This document shows, piece after piece, positions 18,118-27,803 of a DNA stretch of 50,852 nucleotides. How positions within the stretch are numbered: the first letter of the stretch is position 1; each line of letters opens with the position of its first letter. The position numbers and the translations under genes were made by a program. The stretch spans positions 1 through 50,852 of the forward strand of contig JBHLRP010000022.1 in NCBI GenBank assembly GCA_048882485.1. Direction: 5' to 3'. Origin of the DNA: Candidatus Thorarchaeota archaeon (GTDB lineage: Archaea; Asgardarchaeota; Thorarchaeia; Thorarchaeales; Thorarchaeaceae). A model generated the notes under the pieces. It was not told where the DNA came from, ran no database searches, and was given only the letters and a program-made list of their open reading frames with translations.

Positions 18118-20069
18118 GTACTGCAGTTACTGATCCTCTCGCATGGTTTCCTTATACACCTAGACTGCATCAGGATAAGGCTGTGCGGTTTGCTGCTGAG
18201 GTCTTTTCGTCAAAGACAGTGGGATTGCTGTCTGCCGATTGCGGCGTCGGAAAAACCGTGGCTGTCCTTTCAGGATATCTTGCTGCAAGAGGTAGTGATT
18301 CGAGCTCAAGGTTGGTCGTGCTGACAAGAACTCACAGTCAGTCAAGGGTGTTCGAGATTGAACTTGACGTTCTGAGGGCAATGATGCCTGAACTTACAGC
18401 CACAACGATGGTGTCGAGGATCCATATGTGTCCAATTAGAAGCGAGATTGACTCCGACACCTCTACAGGCTTTATGCGAGCCTGTGCATCGATGATCAAG
18501 ACAGGGCAATGTACGTACTATCACAATGTCTATCGAAAGAACTCCAGCGATGGTCGAAGTGTCATCAGAGATTGGGTTCGAGAACGCGTTGAGGAATTGC
18601 TAAGCACTGGTGTTGTGACACGTGAAAGAGTGGAAGACCTCTGCAGTGCCGAAGGGGTGTGCCCATATGAAGTGATGCGCTGGTGTGCGAGACAGAGCAA
18701 GGTCATTATTGGACCATATAGCTACATGTTCAGGTCAAGGGTACGGGAGGCTCTTCTAACATCATTGGGAATCTCACTCCATGATGCTGACCTACTTGTT
18801 GATGAAGCCCACAACCTGTCAGACCATGCGCTCGACTCGGAAACAGCCAGGCTGAACGGTGAAGACCTCCGATGGCTAAGGGACCACAAATCAGAGATCG
18901 TCAAGGAAACCCGGATAAACTGGATTGGAGAGGCAGTGGACTTTCTTTACGAAACAATGATGCTCAATCTTGATGGGATGAACAGGAGATCAGAGCGTAC
19001 ACTCGCCAAGTGGGATGTGGCTCCGAGATTCATCAAAGAGTCTGATCTGCAGCTCATGCATGAAACTACTAGCCCCAGCATCGGTGATCCTGAGGTGGCT
19101 GTTTCAATGGAGACTCCCCTTGACAGGCTTGTTGAGTTCCTCTTTGTTGCCCAGCTGTCTACCAGAAGTGAAGGGTGGCATGTGACGCTTAACGTGAAAC
19201 GGTCCTGGGATGAAGCATTGACTGCCTCGAAAGCCACGCTAATGATTCGCCCACTAAACGCATCCGGTCTTACTGCACCGGTCCTCAGGGGTGCAAAATC
19301 TGCGCTGTTGATGTCCGGAACTCTGAGACCCCTAGAGCATTATGCAAGGCTATTGGGAGTTGGAGGTGCAATAACAGAGGACTTGGCAAGTCCATATCCG
19401 CGGTCGACTAGGCTAGTGCTCATTGATAGAGAGCTCACAACTAAGTACCAGGCAAGAAGTCCTGATCTCTGGCGTTCACTGGCTGATAGAATAAACACGG
19501 TACTCACAACGGTTCCCGCAAATAAGAGCGCGCTCATTGCATTTCCAAGTTACAAGATTCTTCATGAAGTCTTGAGCTACGGCATTGATTCTGGATATCG
19601 CGGAATACTCATCGAAGAGAGAGGAAACCGCATTGAGACTGTCGCAGAAGCTTTGGAAATTGGCCCTCACGCCATTTTCTGTGTCTTCGGTGGGAAATTC
19701 TCAGAAGGGGTCGATCTAGTGAAAGGCGGCTCTAGTATGATAGACTTGATTATTGGAGTCGGGATTCCCTTCTCCCCTCCTACTAGCTACCAAAGGGCAT
19801 TGCAGGAGTTCTATGATACTCGCTTTGGGGAAGGAGCTGGCTACTATTATGGAGCGTTAGTCCCATCTATTCGTCAGGTTGCCCAAGTTCTTGGTAGACT
19901 AAGGAGGTCACCTGAAGACTGGGGTGTTGTTGTTCTTTTAGACAAGCGCTTTCTCAAGCATGTCCGGGTGTTTGGTGATGATATGGTAGCTGACATCTGG
20001 CCCTTTGGTGATGTTGCTGAACTCAAGGCTGCCATTTCACAGTTCATAGCGTTAAGGGAGGGAAGCTGA
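18114..20069 (+). CDS. XPD/Rad3/DinG-family Fe-S SF2 DNA helicase
   Basis: Q motif FPYTPRLHQ, motif I ADCGVGKT, Ia TRTHSQ, four Fe-S Cys (HMCP, RAC, QCTYY, VCPYE), DEAH, MSGTL, SEGVD, QVLGRLRRS. Confidence 0.93.
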   Translation: MSTAVTDPLAWFPYTPRLHQDKAVRFAAEVFSSKTVGLLSADCGVGKTVAVLSGYLAARGSDSSSRLVVLTRTHSQSRVFEIELDVLRAMMPELTATTMVSRIHMCPIRSEIDSDTSTGFMRACASMIKTGQCTYYHNVYRKNSSDGRSVIRDWVRERVEELLSTGVVTRERVEDLCSAEGVCPYEVMRWCARQSKVIIGPYSYMFRSRVREALLTSLGISLHDADLLVDEAHNLSDHALDSETARLNGEDLRWLRDHKSEIVKETRINWIGEAVDFLYETMMLNLDGMNRRSERTLAKWDVAPRFIKESDLQLMHETTSPSIGDPEVAVSMETPLDRLVEFLFVAQLSTRSEGWHVTLNVKRSWDEALTASKATLMIRPLNASGLTAPVLRGAKSALLMSGTLRPLEHYARLLGVGGAITEDLASPYPRSTRLVLIDRELTTKYQARSPDLWRSLADRINTVLTTVPANKSALIAFPSYKILHEVLSYGIDSGYRGILIEERGNRIETVAEALEIGPHAIFCVFGGKFSEGVDLVKGGSSMIDLIIGVGIPFSPPTSYQRALQEFYDTRFGEGAGYYYGALVPSIRQVAQVLGRLRRSPEDWGVVVLLDKRFLKHVRVFGDDMVADIWPFGDVAELKAAISQFIALREGS

Positions 20070-20672
20070 ATGGCATGGTTCGAGCGATGGGAGATTAGAT
20101 GGATTGGCCTTGGCACATTGATACTTGCTGCGCTTCTGGGGCTTTGGGTGTCCTGGGGCAACATAATGGGGATTTTCCTGTCATCAATCAGCATACTATC
20201 TGCATTACTCTTGGCCCTAAGCTGGAGGAATAGCCAGCTGCCCATTATAATATGGGATGAACAGCGTGGCGTCCTTGCTATTCTATGGTCATTTACACTG
20301 GAGGTCATAGCAGGACGATTGATGACAAGCGTTCCTATTGGCATAGACCTTAGCCATTCAGCATCCAAAGTGCTTCGAGCTCTCCATGCGCGATATGATG
20401 GGAAGAAGAATGGAGAAGTTCGGTTCTTTATCTGCAGACCCACAGGCGATGGCATCACCCGTGCAGGGATGCTTGTTGCGAGAAGAGGCATTCGGTTCAT
20501 AGATGGGATAAAGAAGGCGTCTTCAATCGCAGATGAAATTGTCATTGACGCGGCAGTCCTTGAGAGTTCGATGAGAGCCGCCTATCCTCACATGCCTATT
20601 GATCTAGCAGGGTTGGATGATTTGCTGATGGTGACTTCAGGAGGTGTTGAGCCGTATGCTCAAGTCAGGTGA
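20070..20672 (+). CDS. Hypothetical membrane protein (N-terminal TM hairpin plus soluble domain)
   Basis: Two N-terminal hydrophobic helices; ATG abuts the helicase stop codon. Confidence 0.75.
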   Translation: MAWFERWEIRWIGLGTLILAALLGLWVSWGNIMGIFLSSISILSALLLALSWRNSQLPIIIWDEQRGVLAILWSFTLEVIAGRLMTSVPIGIDLSHSASKVLRALHARYDGKKNGEVRFFICRPTGDGITRAGMLVARRGIRFIDGIKKASSIADEIVIDAAVLESSMRAAYPHMPIDLAGLDDLLMVTSGGVEPYAQVR

Positions 20673-20958
20673 TAGGATAGCTATCGAGCTTCCATTTGGC
20701 GTGACACACGAAGCAGTGATGCATTCGCTTGAGATAGGCCATGGCTATAATTGGCTGGTGCTGACAAAAAGCCCGACGCTCGTTGCTCATGGATCATCAG
20801 ATCTCGGAAACATGCCAGAGATTCTTCTCGTTGGAGAGCATTTGCTCCTCGTGTCGGAATCAGACTTCGTATACGCAGAACGGTTGCAGCGTGTGCTTGA
20901 GATGCTGCGACGCCAGATAAAATCCATTTCAACAGCGGGAGGGACTTCGGTTGGGTAA
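20656..20958 (+). CDS. Small hypothetical protein
   Basis: ATG 20656 follows GGAGGTG RBS; overlaps both neighbours. Confidence 0.7.
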   Translation: MLKSGDRIAIELPFGVTHEAVMHSLEIGHGYNWLVLTKSPTLVAHGSSDLGNMPEILLVGEHLLLVSESDFVYAERLQRVLEMLRRQIKSISTAGGTSVG

Positions 20959-23308
20959 GCGTCTAATTCTCGGTACCGAGCCCGAAGTTGATCCACTAAA
21001 GGAGATCTCTCAACCCAGCATGACTGTGAGTGGTGGGATTGATCTTCAATGGGATGACCGCAGAGTGAAACCATCCCACGGTCGTGATGCAATCACGGCA
21101 ATCACCGTAGCAGTCATTCTCGCGGCACTGCCATGGAGTCTTGCTATGGTTTCCCTCGGAAGTTTCCTTGTTACGATACTAGTCCCCAAACTGAGGACCT
21201 CACAAGAGATTCGCTCCCTAGAAGAATCAGAATGGATTCGTGTTCCTGAGAGCGATACATCCTTTGCAGTGAATGAAGAACACAATGCCGTTCAGTGCAA
21301 AACGGCATCCGGCAATCGCAACGTGATAGGATTGGAGCTGCCATTGGCTGGTCCTCTATTAGTCGGAAATATGAGTGCACTCGTTAGAGCCATCGATAGC
21401 TCAAAGGGATTCTGTCTATCAGTGATAGCAAGAGCCGAAGAATCCTCCTCCATCGTGGAAGAAGAGCGTCTTTCTTCTCGATTGGATGGTTACTTGAACT
21501 ATCTATCAAGCGGTGGATTGGATGCCTATATGACCAGGCGCGGAGGCCTTTGGTCCGTCCGGGTTTCGATTATGGGGCACTCGCAGGATATCAATCAGGT
21601 TCAAAGATTCGAATCATCGATTAAGGCAGCTGTTCCGGATGGAAACTGGTCTAAAATGACGCCCAAATCTTTAGCTTCGAATATGCGGGCGATGAACATG
21701 GCGTTTCGGCTTCCATCATTCTATGCCGCCGGATCCGAACTCTCAGAGTGGTTAATACAGATTCCTAGTGAGCTTGCATCTGAGATTGGATCGAATGTTC
21801 CAGGTGAGTTCCTTGCACCCATAAAGCCCAGAGCAGGAGATTATTACATAGGCCGCGTGATAAATCCAGAAACCCTTCAGCCCGGACCTGCTGCTGGTCT
21901 ATCACACGAGGATATTCGATCCGGACTATTAGTTTGCGGAGGGACCATGGAGGAGCGAAGGCATACGATCACTCTGATTATGAGACAGCTTCTGTCACAT
22001 GGAAAGCGGGTCATTATTGTGAGTAGTGAACCTGATGCCAAGAATTTCGCATCTCTTTCTGAAGGTGCAGTATCATTTGAGCTTGGCAAGGATCTGGTAC
22101 TGAATCCTATGGACGCAGAAGGACTTCCAAGACATATCTATGTGTCCAAATTGATGACTGCTCTAGAGGTAATTGCGGGGACTGACCTTCGCGGTGCAAC
22201 TGACCTTGAACTTGCGATCAATCGTGCCATTGCATTAGGCAACACAACTGTGGCTGACGTTCAACTGACCCAGACACCAGATGTCATGGATACATATTCA
22301 GAGGCAGCAGAACAGAACGAACGAAAGCCATCTGATAGAAGTGTGTCAGGTTATGAAGCAATAAGGTCTCTACACCAAGGAACTGCGGCACGTTCCTTCT
22401 ATGGTTCTCAGACAATCGCTATGCGCGATCTGGCGCAGGCTAGCCTGGGCGTGTTGATTTTATCCCAAGGATATTTGCCAATGGAGAAATTCGCGTTCGA
22501 TCTTGTTTGCATCAAGCTCTCAGGACTCCAACAGGACCAAGATCTCGTTATCATACTCGAGAATGCAGAGAATATGAGAATTCGAAACCGGCGATATATG
22601 AAGAGGGACTCATGGAGTGAGATGATGCTTCGAGATCTGTTGCAAAGAGGTCCCACAATTGTCACGCTGGATCATCCAGTAGACATGTCCCCCGGTGCAA
22701 TTGGCAAATTGAACTCATGCATCACTCATCGACTTCGCGAGAGTCCGGATATTAAGACAGCCGTGGAATTGCTCGGCATCAGTGTCGTTTCGTCAGGCAT
22801 GCATAGTAAAGCCCGTCAATCATCCAGAGAAACATCATACCTGAGAGTAATGCCGGACGGAGTAGTCCTGTTGGTCCGAAACCAGGGCGAAACATGCATG
22901 CCTGTTGAGTTGGATGAAGCGGCCCCTCTTACTGGGCTTCACCCCGAGGAGATGGAGAGACGCATTTCTGATCTCATTCCTCAGGAGTTTCCCACTGAAG
23001 GAATGGCTTTTGGCGATTCACTGATTGATAGAGTCGCTGGAGGACAGAGAAATACAGCCATCAAGATGCTTCGACTGCTTGAGAGGTATGAACCACTGAC
23101 AGAGGAAGCAATGAGGAAATTCCTCCTTTCAGGAGATGGGAATGAGGATCCTGACATCAGTGGAGTACTTGCCAGGCTGGAGAAATCGGGCATGATACTT
23201 AGGGGTCATGAGGTCCATGGAGCGGTTTCGTATACAAACTACCGAATCACCATGAAGGGCAGCATGGCTCTTCATCAAGTTGCACAGAGGGATGAAGCAG
23301 AAAGATGA
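20951..23308 (+). CDS. Membrane-anchored HerA/VirB4/CedB-like protein with degenerate ATPase motifs and C-terminal winged helix
   Basis: N-terminal hydrophobic segment. HerA-like layout: IGRV...LSHEDIRSGLLVCGGTMEERR (Walker A position), LVLNPM, LVIILENAE (Walker B position), TLDHPVDM...LNSCITHRL...D, LRVMPDGVVLL. The C-terminus is wHTH-like (LARLEKSGMI...YRITMKG). Confidence 0.7.
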   Translation: MGKRLILGTEPEVDPLKEISQPSMTVSGGIDLQWDDRRVKPSHGRDAITAITVAVILAALPWSLAMVSLGSFLVTILVPKLRTSQEIRSLEESEWIRVPESDTSFAVNEEHNAVQCKTASGNRNVIGLELPLAGPLLVGNMSALVRAIDSSKGFCLSVIARAEESSSIVEEERLSSRLDGYLNYLSSGGLDAYMTRRGGLWSVRVSIMGHSQDINQVQRFESSIKAAVPDGNWSKMTPKSLASNMRAMNMAFRLPSFYAAGSELSEWLIQIPSELASEIGSNVPGEFLAPIKPRAGDYYIGRVINPETLQPGPAAGLSHEDIRSGLLVCGGTMEERRHTITLIMRQLLSHGKRVIIVSSEPDAKNFASLSEGAVSFELGKDLVLNPMDAEGLPRHIYVSKLMTALEVIAGTDLRGATDLELAINRAIALGNTTVADVQLTQTPDVMDTYSEAAEQNERKPSDRSVSGYEAIRSLHQGTAARSFYGSQTIAMRDLAQASLGVLILSQGYLPMEKFAFDLVCIKLSGLQQDQDLVIILENAENMRIRNRRYMKRDSWSEMMLRDLLQRGPTIVTLDHPVDMSPGAIGKLNSCITHRLRESPDIKTAVELLGISVVSSGMHSKARQSSRETSYLRVMPDGVVLLVRNQGETCMPVELDEAAPLTGLHPEEMERRISDLIPQEFPTEGMAFGDSLIDRVAGGQRNTAIKMLRLLERYEPLTEEAMRKFLLSGDGNEDPDISGVLARLEKSGMILRGHEVHGAVSYTNYRITMKGSMALHQVAQRDEAER

Positions 23309-25512
23309 CGGTTGTAGCTGATGTTCAGGAACAGGTGCATAGGCTTCTCCATCAGCTGGGTATTAAACCGAGAGGGATCCAGAAAACTTCGATTGAACGG
23401 GGCCTTCTGGATGGCGCAAGCATTTTGGTCTGCAGTCCAACTGGCTCTGGCAAGACATTGGTAGGTGAGATGGCTCTCCTTAGAGCAGCACTGACTGGAA
23501 AGAAGGGAATCTATCTAGTCCCTCTGAAGGCTCTCGCCGTGCAGGTGTCTGGAATTCTGATAGATAGGTATGAGCCTCTGGGCTTACGAATTGGTGTGAG
23601 TACAGGGGACTTTTCGAATGATGGTGAGAGTCTTTCGGACTATGATGTCATTGTGACAACATACGAGAAGGCGGATTCTTTGCTAAGACGAAAGACAGCC
23701 TGGCTCAATTCTATTGGCTCTCTAGTCATAGATGAGATTCAGACAATTTCTGATTCTGGAAGGGGTGCCCGTCTTGAATCCATTATAATCAGGTTTAAGC
23801 GAATGGTTGACGGCTTTCAGTTGATTGGGCTTTCAGCAACGGTTGGCTCACCAGATGAGCTGGCTGAGTGGCTTGGCTGTACTCTTGTTGAATCAGAAGA
23901 TCGTCCTGTGCCCTTGGTCTATCGTGTTATTCCTTCAAAACACAGGGAGCGAGTTCTTCGCCAACTGGTTATGACAACAGTGCAAGGCGATGGCCAGGCA
24001 ATTGTCTTTCATCGGACGAGACGCGAAGCTGAATCACAGGCTATACGTCTTTCAGGGGATGTTGGACGGCATTTCACTAGAATTGAAAAGGAAGATCTCG
24101 ACACAGAGCTTGAGTCAGTTGAGAATTGGAATGTCACTATACCGTCCGAACTCAGAACTCTTCTTCATGATGGCACAGCTTTTCATCATGCGGGTCTGGG
24201 AAATCGGGCTCGGCGGCTTGTTGAGGATTTATTTCTCCGGGGCAAAGTTCGAGTGATCTGCGCCACTACAACACTGGCGGCAGGGATGGACCTCCCCGCG
24301 AGGACAGTTGTTCTTACTAATGTGCGGTCTCCGGGAAATCACCGAGAAATGCTTCCTGCTAACTCCATTCATCAAATGCTAGGTCGAGCTGGTCGGCCTG
24401 GCTATGATACGACCGGGTTCGGGATTATTCTAGCTGGAAGCTCCGGAGAAGCTAAAGATGTTGAAAAGAGATACTTTCTTTCGTCATTGGATAATGAGTC
24501 GTCGACAAAAATCCTCTTTCCAAAATATGATCGTGTGATTAGCAAACTCGGCGAGTCAGCAACACTGACTGAGCAACTGCTCGTTGCACTTGATGCTTTG
24601 AATGAAGCAACCTTGGAAGACATTGCAGACGGTTTTCTGGGCGATTCCTACCTAGTGTTCACTGGAATAAGAGATACAAACTCTCCCATGCGAGTTATTC
24701 AGTTGGGTGATATAAGTGCGGAATCTGCAATCGAGAAGCATGCCTTATCAGACACTGTGCGTCCAGCTCGTCAAGGGCTCCTGGGGAGCATTAGCCTTAG
24801 GGAAACAAATGACAGTGTTATTGGTGGCATCGTAGCAGCATGGGAGGAAGGACACTATACCTGTAGGTATTCGGCCCGTCTTTCTGCTGATGGTGTTGTG
24901 GAGGGTCCGCAGTGCTCATGCTCTAGACCTATTGATAGGAATGGAGTTCTATGTTCTCACTTGGTTGCCCTGGGGCTGTATGCAGCAAGAGAGCTAGGCA
25001 GCCTTGCAGACTATGTAATTCCAGTCGCGCTGAGCGAGCTAAGTCCAAGTGAACTTCTCGTCAGGCTGGGCCTTATCGAGGGTGGAATAGAAGGAAAGAT
25101 GAAGCCTACACGATTGGGGCGGATTGTAAACCGGCTTTATCTCAGCATTCCAACAATTCGTGAGCTACTGGCAGTACTTCCAAAAATCGAGGAGAGCACA
25201 ACACTGCTATGGCTCTTGAAGCATCTGGTTTCAATCGAATCGGGGACTTCACTTGAGGATTCTTTCGAACATCTTATCGCTGCTGCAGCCACAACAGACA
25301 TTCCTCTCGAGGAGTTGGCCCGGAGTTCAGGATTTCATTTGGGTGATGCTTATGGACTACTGGAAGCCGCTCATTGGTTGCTTTACGCAATAGTTGCTGT
25401 GGCAGAGGTGGGGGGTTTGAAACAGCCAATGGCTGTTTCGCAGAGGTTGATGGAGGGACTAGAAACAAGACTTGCAGGAAGCAGGAAACAAGATTTTGGA
25501 GGCGCAAAATGA
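23305..25512 (+). CDS. Hel308/Ski2-like SF2 helicase with inserted SWIM zinc finger
   Basis: PRGIQ, SPTGSGKT, PLKALA, TYEKADS, IDEIQ, LSAT, RPVPL, FHHAGL, TTTLAAGMDLPA, QMLGRAGRPG; CSC-x10-CSH at 24913-24960. Confidence 0.92.
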   Translation: MTVVADVQEQVHRLLHQLGIKPRGIQKTSIERGLLDGASILVCSPTGSGKTLVGEMALLRAALTGKKGIYLVPLKALAVQVSGILIDRYEPLGLRIGVSTGDFSNDGESLSDYDVIVTTYEKADSLLRRKTAWLNSIGSLVIDEIQTISDSGRGARLESIIIRFKRMVDGFQLIGLSATVGSPDELAEWLGCTLVESEDRPVPLVYRVIPSKHRERVLRQLVMTTVQGDGQAIVFHRTRREAESQAIRLSGDVGRHFTRIEKEDLDTELESVENWNVTIPSELRTLLHDGTAFHHAGLGNRARRLVEDLFLRGKVRVICATTTLAAGMDLPARTVVLTNVRSPGNHREMLPANSIHQMLGRAGRPGYDTTGFGIILAGSSGEAKDVEKRYFLSSLDNESSTKILFPKYDRVISKLGESATLTEQLLVALDALNEATLEDIADGFLGDSYLVFTGIRDTNSPMRVIQLGDISAESAIEKHALSDTVRPARQGLLGSISLRETNDSVIGGIVAAWEEGHYTCRYSARLSADGVVEGPQCSCSRPIDRNGVLCSHLVALGLYAARELGSLADYVIPVALSELSPSELLVRLGLIEGGIEGKMKPTRLGRIVNRLYLSIPTIRELLAVLPKIEESTTLLWLLKHLVSIESGTSLEDSFEHLIAAAATTDIPLEELARSSGFHLGDAYGLLEAAHWLLYAIVAVAEVGGLKQPMAVSQRLMEGLETRLAGSRKQDFGGAK

Positions 25513-25513
25513 A

Positions 25514-27124
25514 ATGGCTATATCAAGTCGCGAAGGTCCACGTTCCGATGTGGGTGTTGGGGATGAAACTGAGGAGCCAAGTGGCGATCTTATTAGTGCT
25601 CTGAGAGCTTCGGGCCATTCTACTTGTGAATATCCAAACGGGCTAGTTAGTGCTGTTCGTTTGGAATCTATCCCTGGAACACGAGGTGTCCATGTGGAAG
25701 TTGTTCATGTTCTGGACTTGAGGACTGCTCGCTTCGGCAAAAGCGGGCTGGCTATGAGAGCCGCCCTCTTGGAGAGCGTCAATCGGGAGTTCGAAACTGT
25801 CTTACATGATGTTGGATTGGGAGATTATCTTGAACGAAGCGAGCTGAAGACTCCTCTTAATACTGTGTCACTACATATGCTACGAGGAAGCAAAGGCAGG
25901 AAGGCTTCATTGATTCATCCGACCAGAACAGTCTATGTTGTGACTAGGAATGTGAAGCCTACCATGGATCTGTCTTGGCTAACAGATTCAGGAAGACTGG
26001 TGACCATTGAGGAATTTGCTCTTGCGCGAAGAAGTGATGCGCGATCATTCTTGCCTGAAATCAAACATGCAGTGAGTCAGAAGAAGTGGTCTTCCTTGGA
26101 GCGTAGCATAAAGAGAGGATGGCTTGGAGTATTGGCTTTGGCTGCGTGTCTAATTGCAGTTGGTTCTACAGTCATTACCCAGCTTTCAATATCTGGCTCA
26201 ACTCTCCCATCAGTACTTACAGTGGTAGTGTCACTACTGACAGGTCTCTGGCTGCTTTCTAGTTCTACCAGCAATTTGAAGGAATTTGAGAATTCGGTAC
26301 GAGAAGAAGATGCGGTTCTCTCAACCCTTGGAGATTCGGCAAGAATTCAGCAATCCATAGAGTCCAACGAGGATAATCTTCGCCTACTAGGCGACATCAG
26401 CTTTGTTGTATCACCCCTTATGGCAAGTCTCGCAAACACCATCGAAGCTGGCTCTCTTCAAGAATCTATAGAAACCGCTTGTACAATACTGGATGAGTGT
26501 GTGCGGATGGCTCCCCTCAGGATTCAGGAAAAGAATTCCAAGGGAGCTGGAGATGAAGGTCTAGCACGATTTCTTGGCCTATTCGATGCTCTTGGAGTTC
26601 AAGTGGAAAAGGAATCACTTGCACTATCATACGTTGCGCTCACAGCTCACATCACGTCGCCTCTCAGTTTCGAGGATATGATACAGCATGTGGGTAGTCT
26701 GAGCTATGCCCTGTATAATGCTGGAGTTCTTCGACCTGACATAAAGGACATGGTTGATGACAAGGTCAACAATCGAGCAATGAAGAGGACGATTGACGCC
26801 ATTGATAAATCATTAGCTGAACCTGGCGAGCTCCATGCAGAACTACCATCAAGAACAGCAACCACCGAAAGACCAGAAGAAGACGATTCATCAAACGAGG
26901 AGGAGCTCGACCCGAATCTCCTCGATGCTATGTTGCACTCAACACTGAAAACTCAAGTTAATGAAATCCCAATAATAGCGGCTGAAGCAATAGATGAAAC
27001 CACACCAGAGGAAGAGATTCCCACTGGGGCAGATATTGTTGCTGCGAGCAATGCAGGTAAGGAGCCATCAAAGCTTGTTCAGGCTTCCCTATTCGACTTT
27101 GAGGAGGGAAGCTCTTCTGGTTAG
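25514..27124 (+). CDS. Hypothetical membrane protein (central 2-TM hairpin, acidic disordered tail, C-terminal PIP-box-like motif)
   Basis: ATG 25514 follows GGAGG; two hydrophobic helices mid-protein; ends ...VQASLFDFEEGSSSG. Confidence 0.75.
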   Translation: MAISSREGPRSDVGVGDETEEPSGDLISALRASGHSTCEYPNGLVSAVRLESIPGTRGVHVEVVHVLDLRTARFGKSGLAMRAALLESVNREFETVLHDVGLGDYLERSELKTPLNTVSLHMLRGSKGRKASLIHPTRTVYVVTRNVKPTMDLSWLTDSGRLVTIEEFALARRSDARSFLPEIKHAVSQKKWSSLERSIKRGWLGVLALAACLIAVGSTVITQLSISGSTLPSVLTVVVSLLTGLWLLSSSTSNLKEFENSVREEDAVLSTLGDSARIQQSIESNEDNLRLLGDISFVVSPLMASLANTIEAGSLQESIETACTILDECVRMAPLRIQEKNSKGAGDEGLARFLGLFDALGVQVEKESLALSYVALTAHITSPLSFEDMIQHVGSLSYALYNAGVLRPDIKDMVDDKVNNRAMKRTIDAIDKSLAEPGELHAELPSRTATTERPEEDDSSNEEELDPNLLDAMLHSTLKTQVNEIPIIAAEAIDETTPEEEIPTGADIVAASNAGKEPSKLVQASLFDFEEGSSSG

Positions 27125-27803
27125 CGAATACAGCCTTCGAACATCATTGAAGCTCGGAGGTATTATCCATTTCATAGGACCTGCAGGATCCGGCAAGACG
27201 TTGCTAGCGGCGACTATCGCGGCAGATGCATCTCGGACATCTCACGTGGAATGGATAAATGCTGACTCAAAGAAACGGTTCATACCTCATCTGAAGGCAA
27301 CAGTCAAGCATCTCAGGGGGGTGGAGAGTAACGTGTCTGTTATGATGACGAAAGGTCACAAACAGACATTGGATGCTTTGTTAAAATTGAGAACTACGAT
27401 AACACCAGACACGTCTCTAATTGTCATTGACCCTATTACAAGGGTGCTTGACATGTCAAGAAATGATCCCATCCTTTGGGGGCGATTACTAATAGAAGAG
27501 GCACTGCCCACACTAGGAGCATTATCTTGGGAAAGAGGCATAGATATCATTGTTGTAAGTGAGATGAGATTTCTTCATGAGATTGGCAATCATCCAGTGT
27601 TTTCTAATGAAATAGCAAAATGGGCAGATACTACTATCAAGGTTTGCAGGGATATTTCCAGCAAATCGTCATCTGTTTCAATTGTGGAGAATGGTGATGA
27701 TCGCAAAATCGCACAGCTCCGAGTCCTACAAAACGGAGCTTGCCATCTGTCTCTTTCACATCACCGAGGAGTGGTCACGAATTGCTTGGAAGAGGAATTC
27801 TGA
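26994..27803 (+). CDS. RadB/Rad51-paralog-like RecA-fold ATPase without N-terminal HhH domain (true start probably near 27117)
   Basis: Walker A GPAGSGKT, WINADS..F, Walker B LIVIDPIT, IIVVSEMR, KWADTTIKV; GAGGAGG at 27101 suggests a later start. Confidence 0.85.
   Translation: MKPHQRKRFPLGQILLLRAMQVRSHQSLFRLPYSTLRREALLVSEYSLRTSLKLGGIIHFIGPAGSGKTLLAATIAADASRTSHVEWINADSKKRFIPHLKATVKHLRGVESNVSVMMTKGHKQTLDALLKLRTTITPDTSLIVIDPITRVLDMSRNDPILWGRLLIEEALPTLGALSWERGIDIIVVSEMRFLHEIGNHPVFSNEIAKWADTTIKVCRDISSKSSSVSIVENGDDRKIAQLRVLQNGACHLSLSHHRGVVTNCLEEEF

Noticed and set aside
19874-20545. 223-aa antisense ORF and the many other short shadow ORFs in the track
   Set aside because: They lie opposite or within well-supported genes, lack motifs and RBSs, and have the composition typical of antisense frames.
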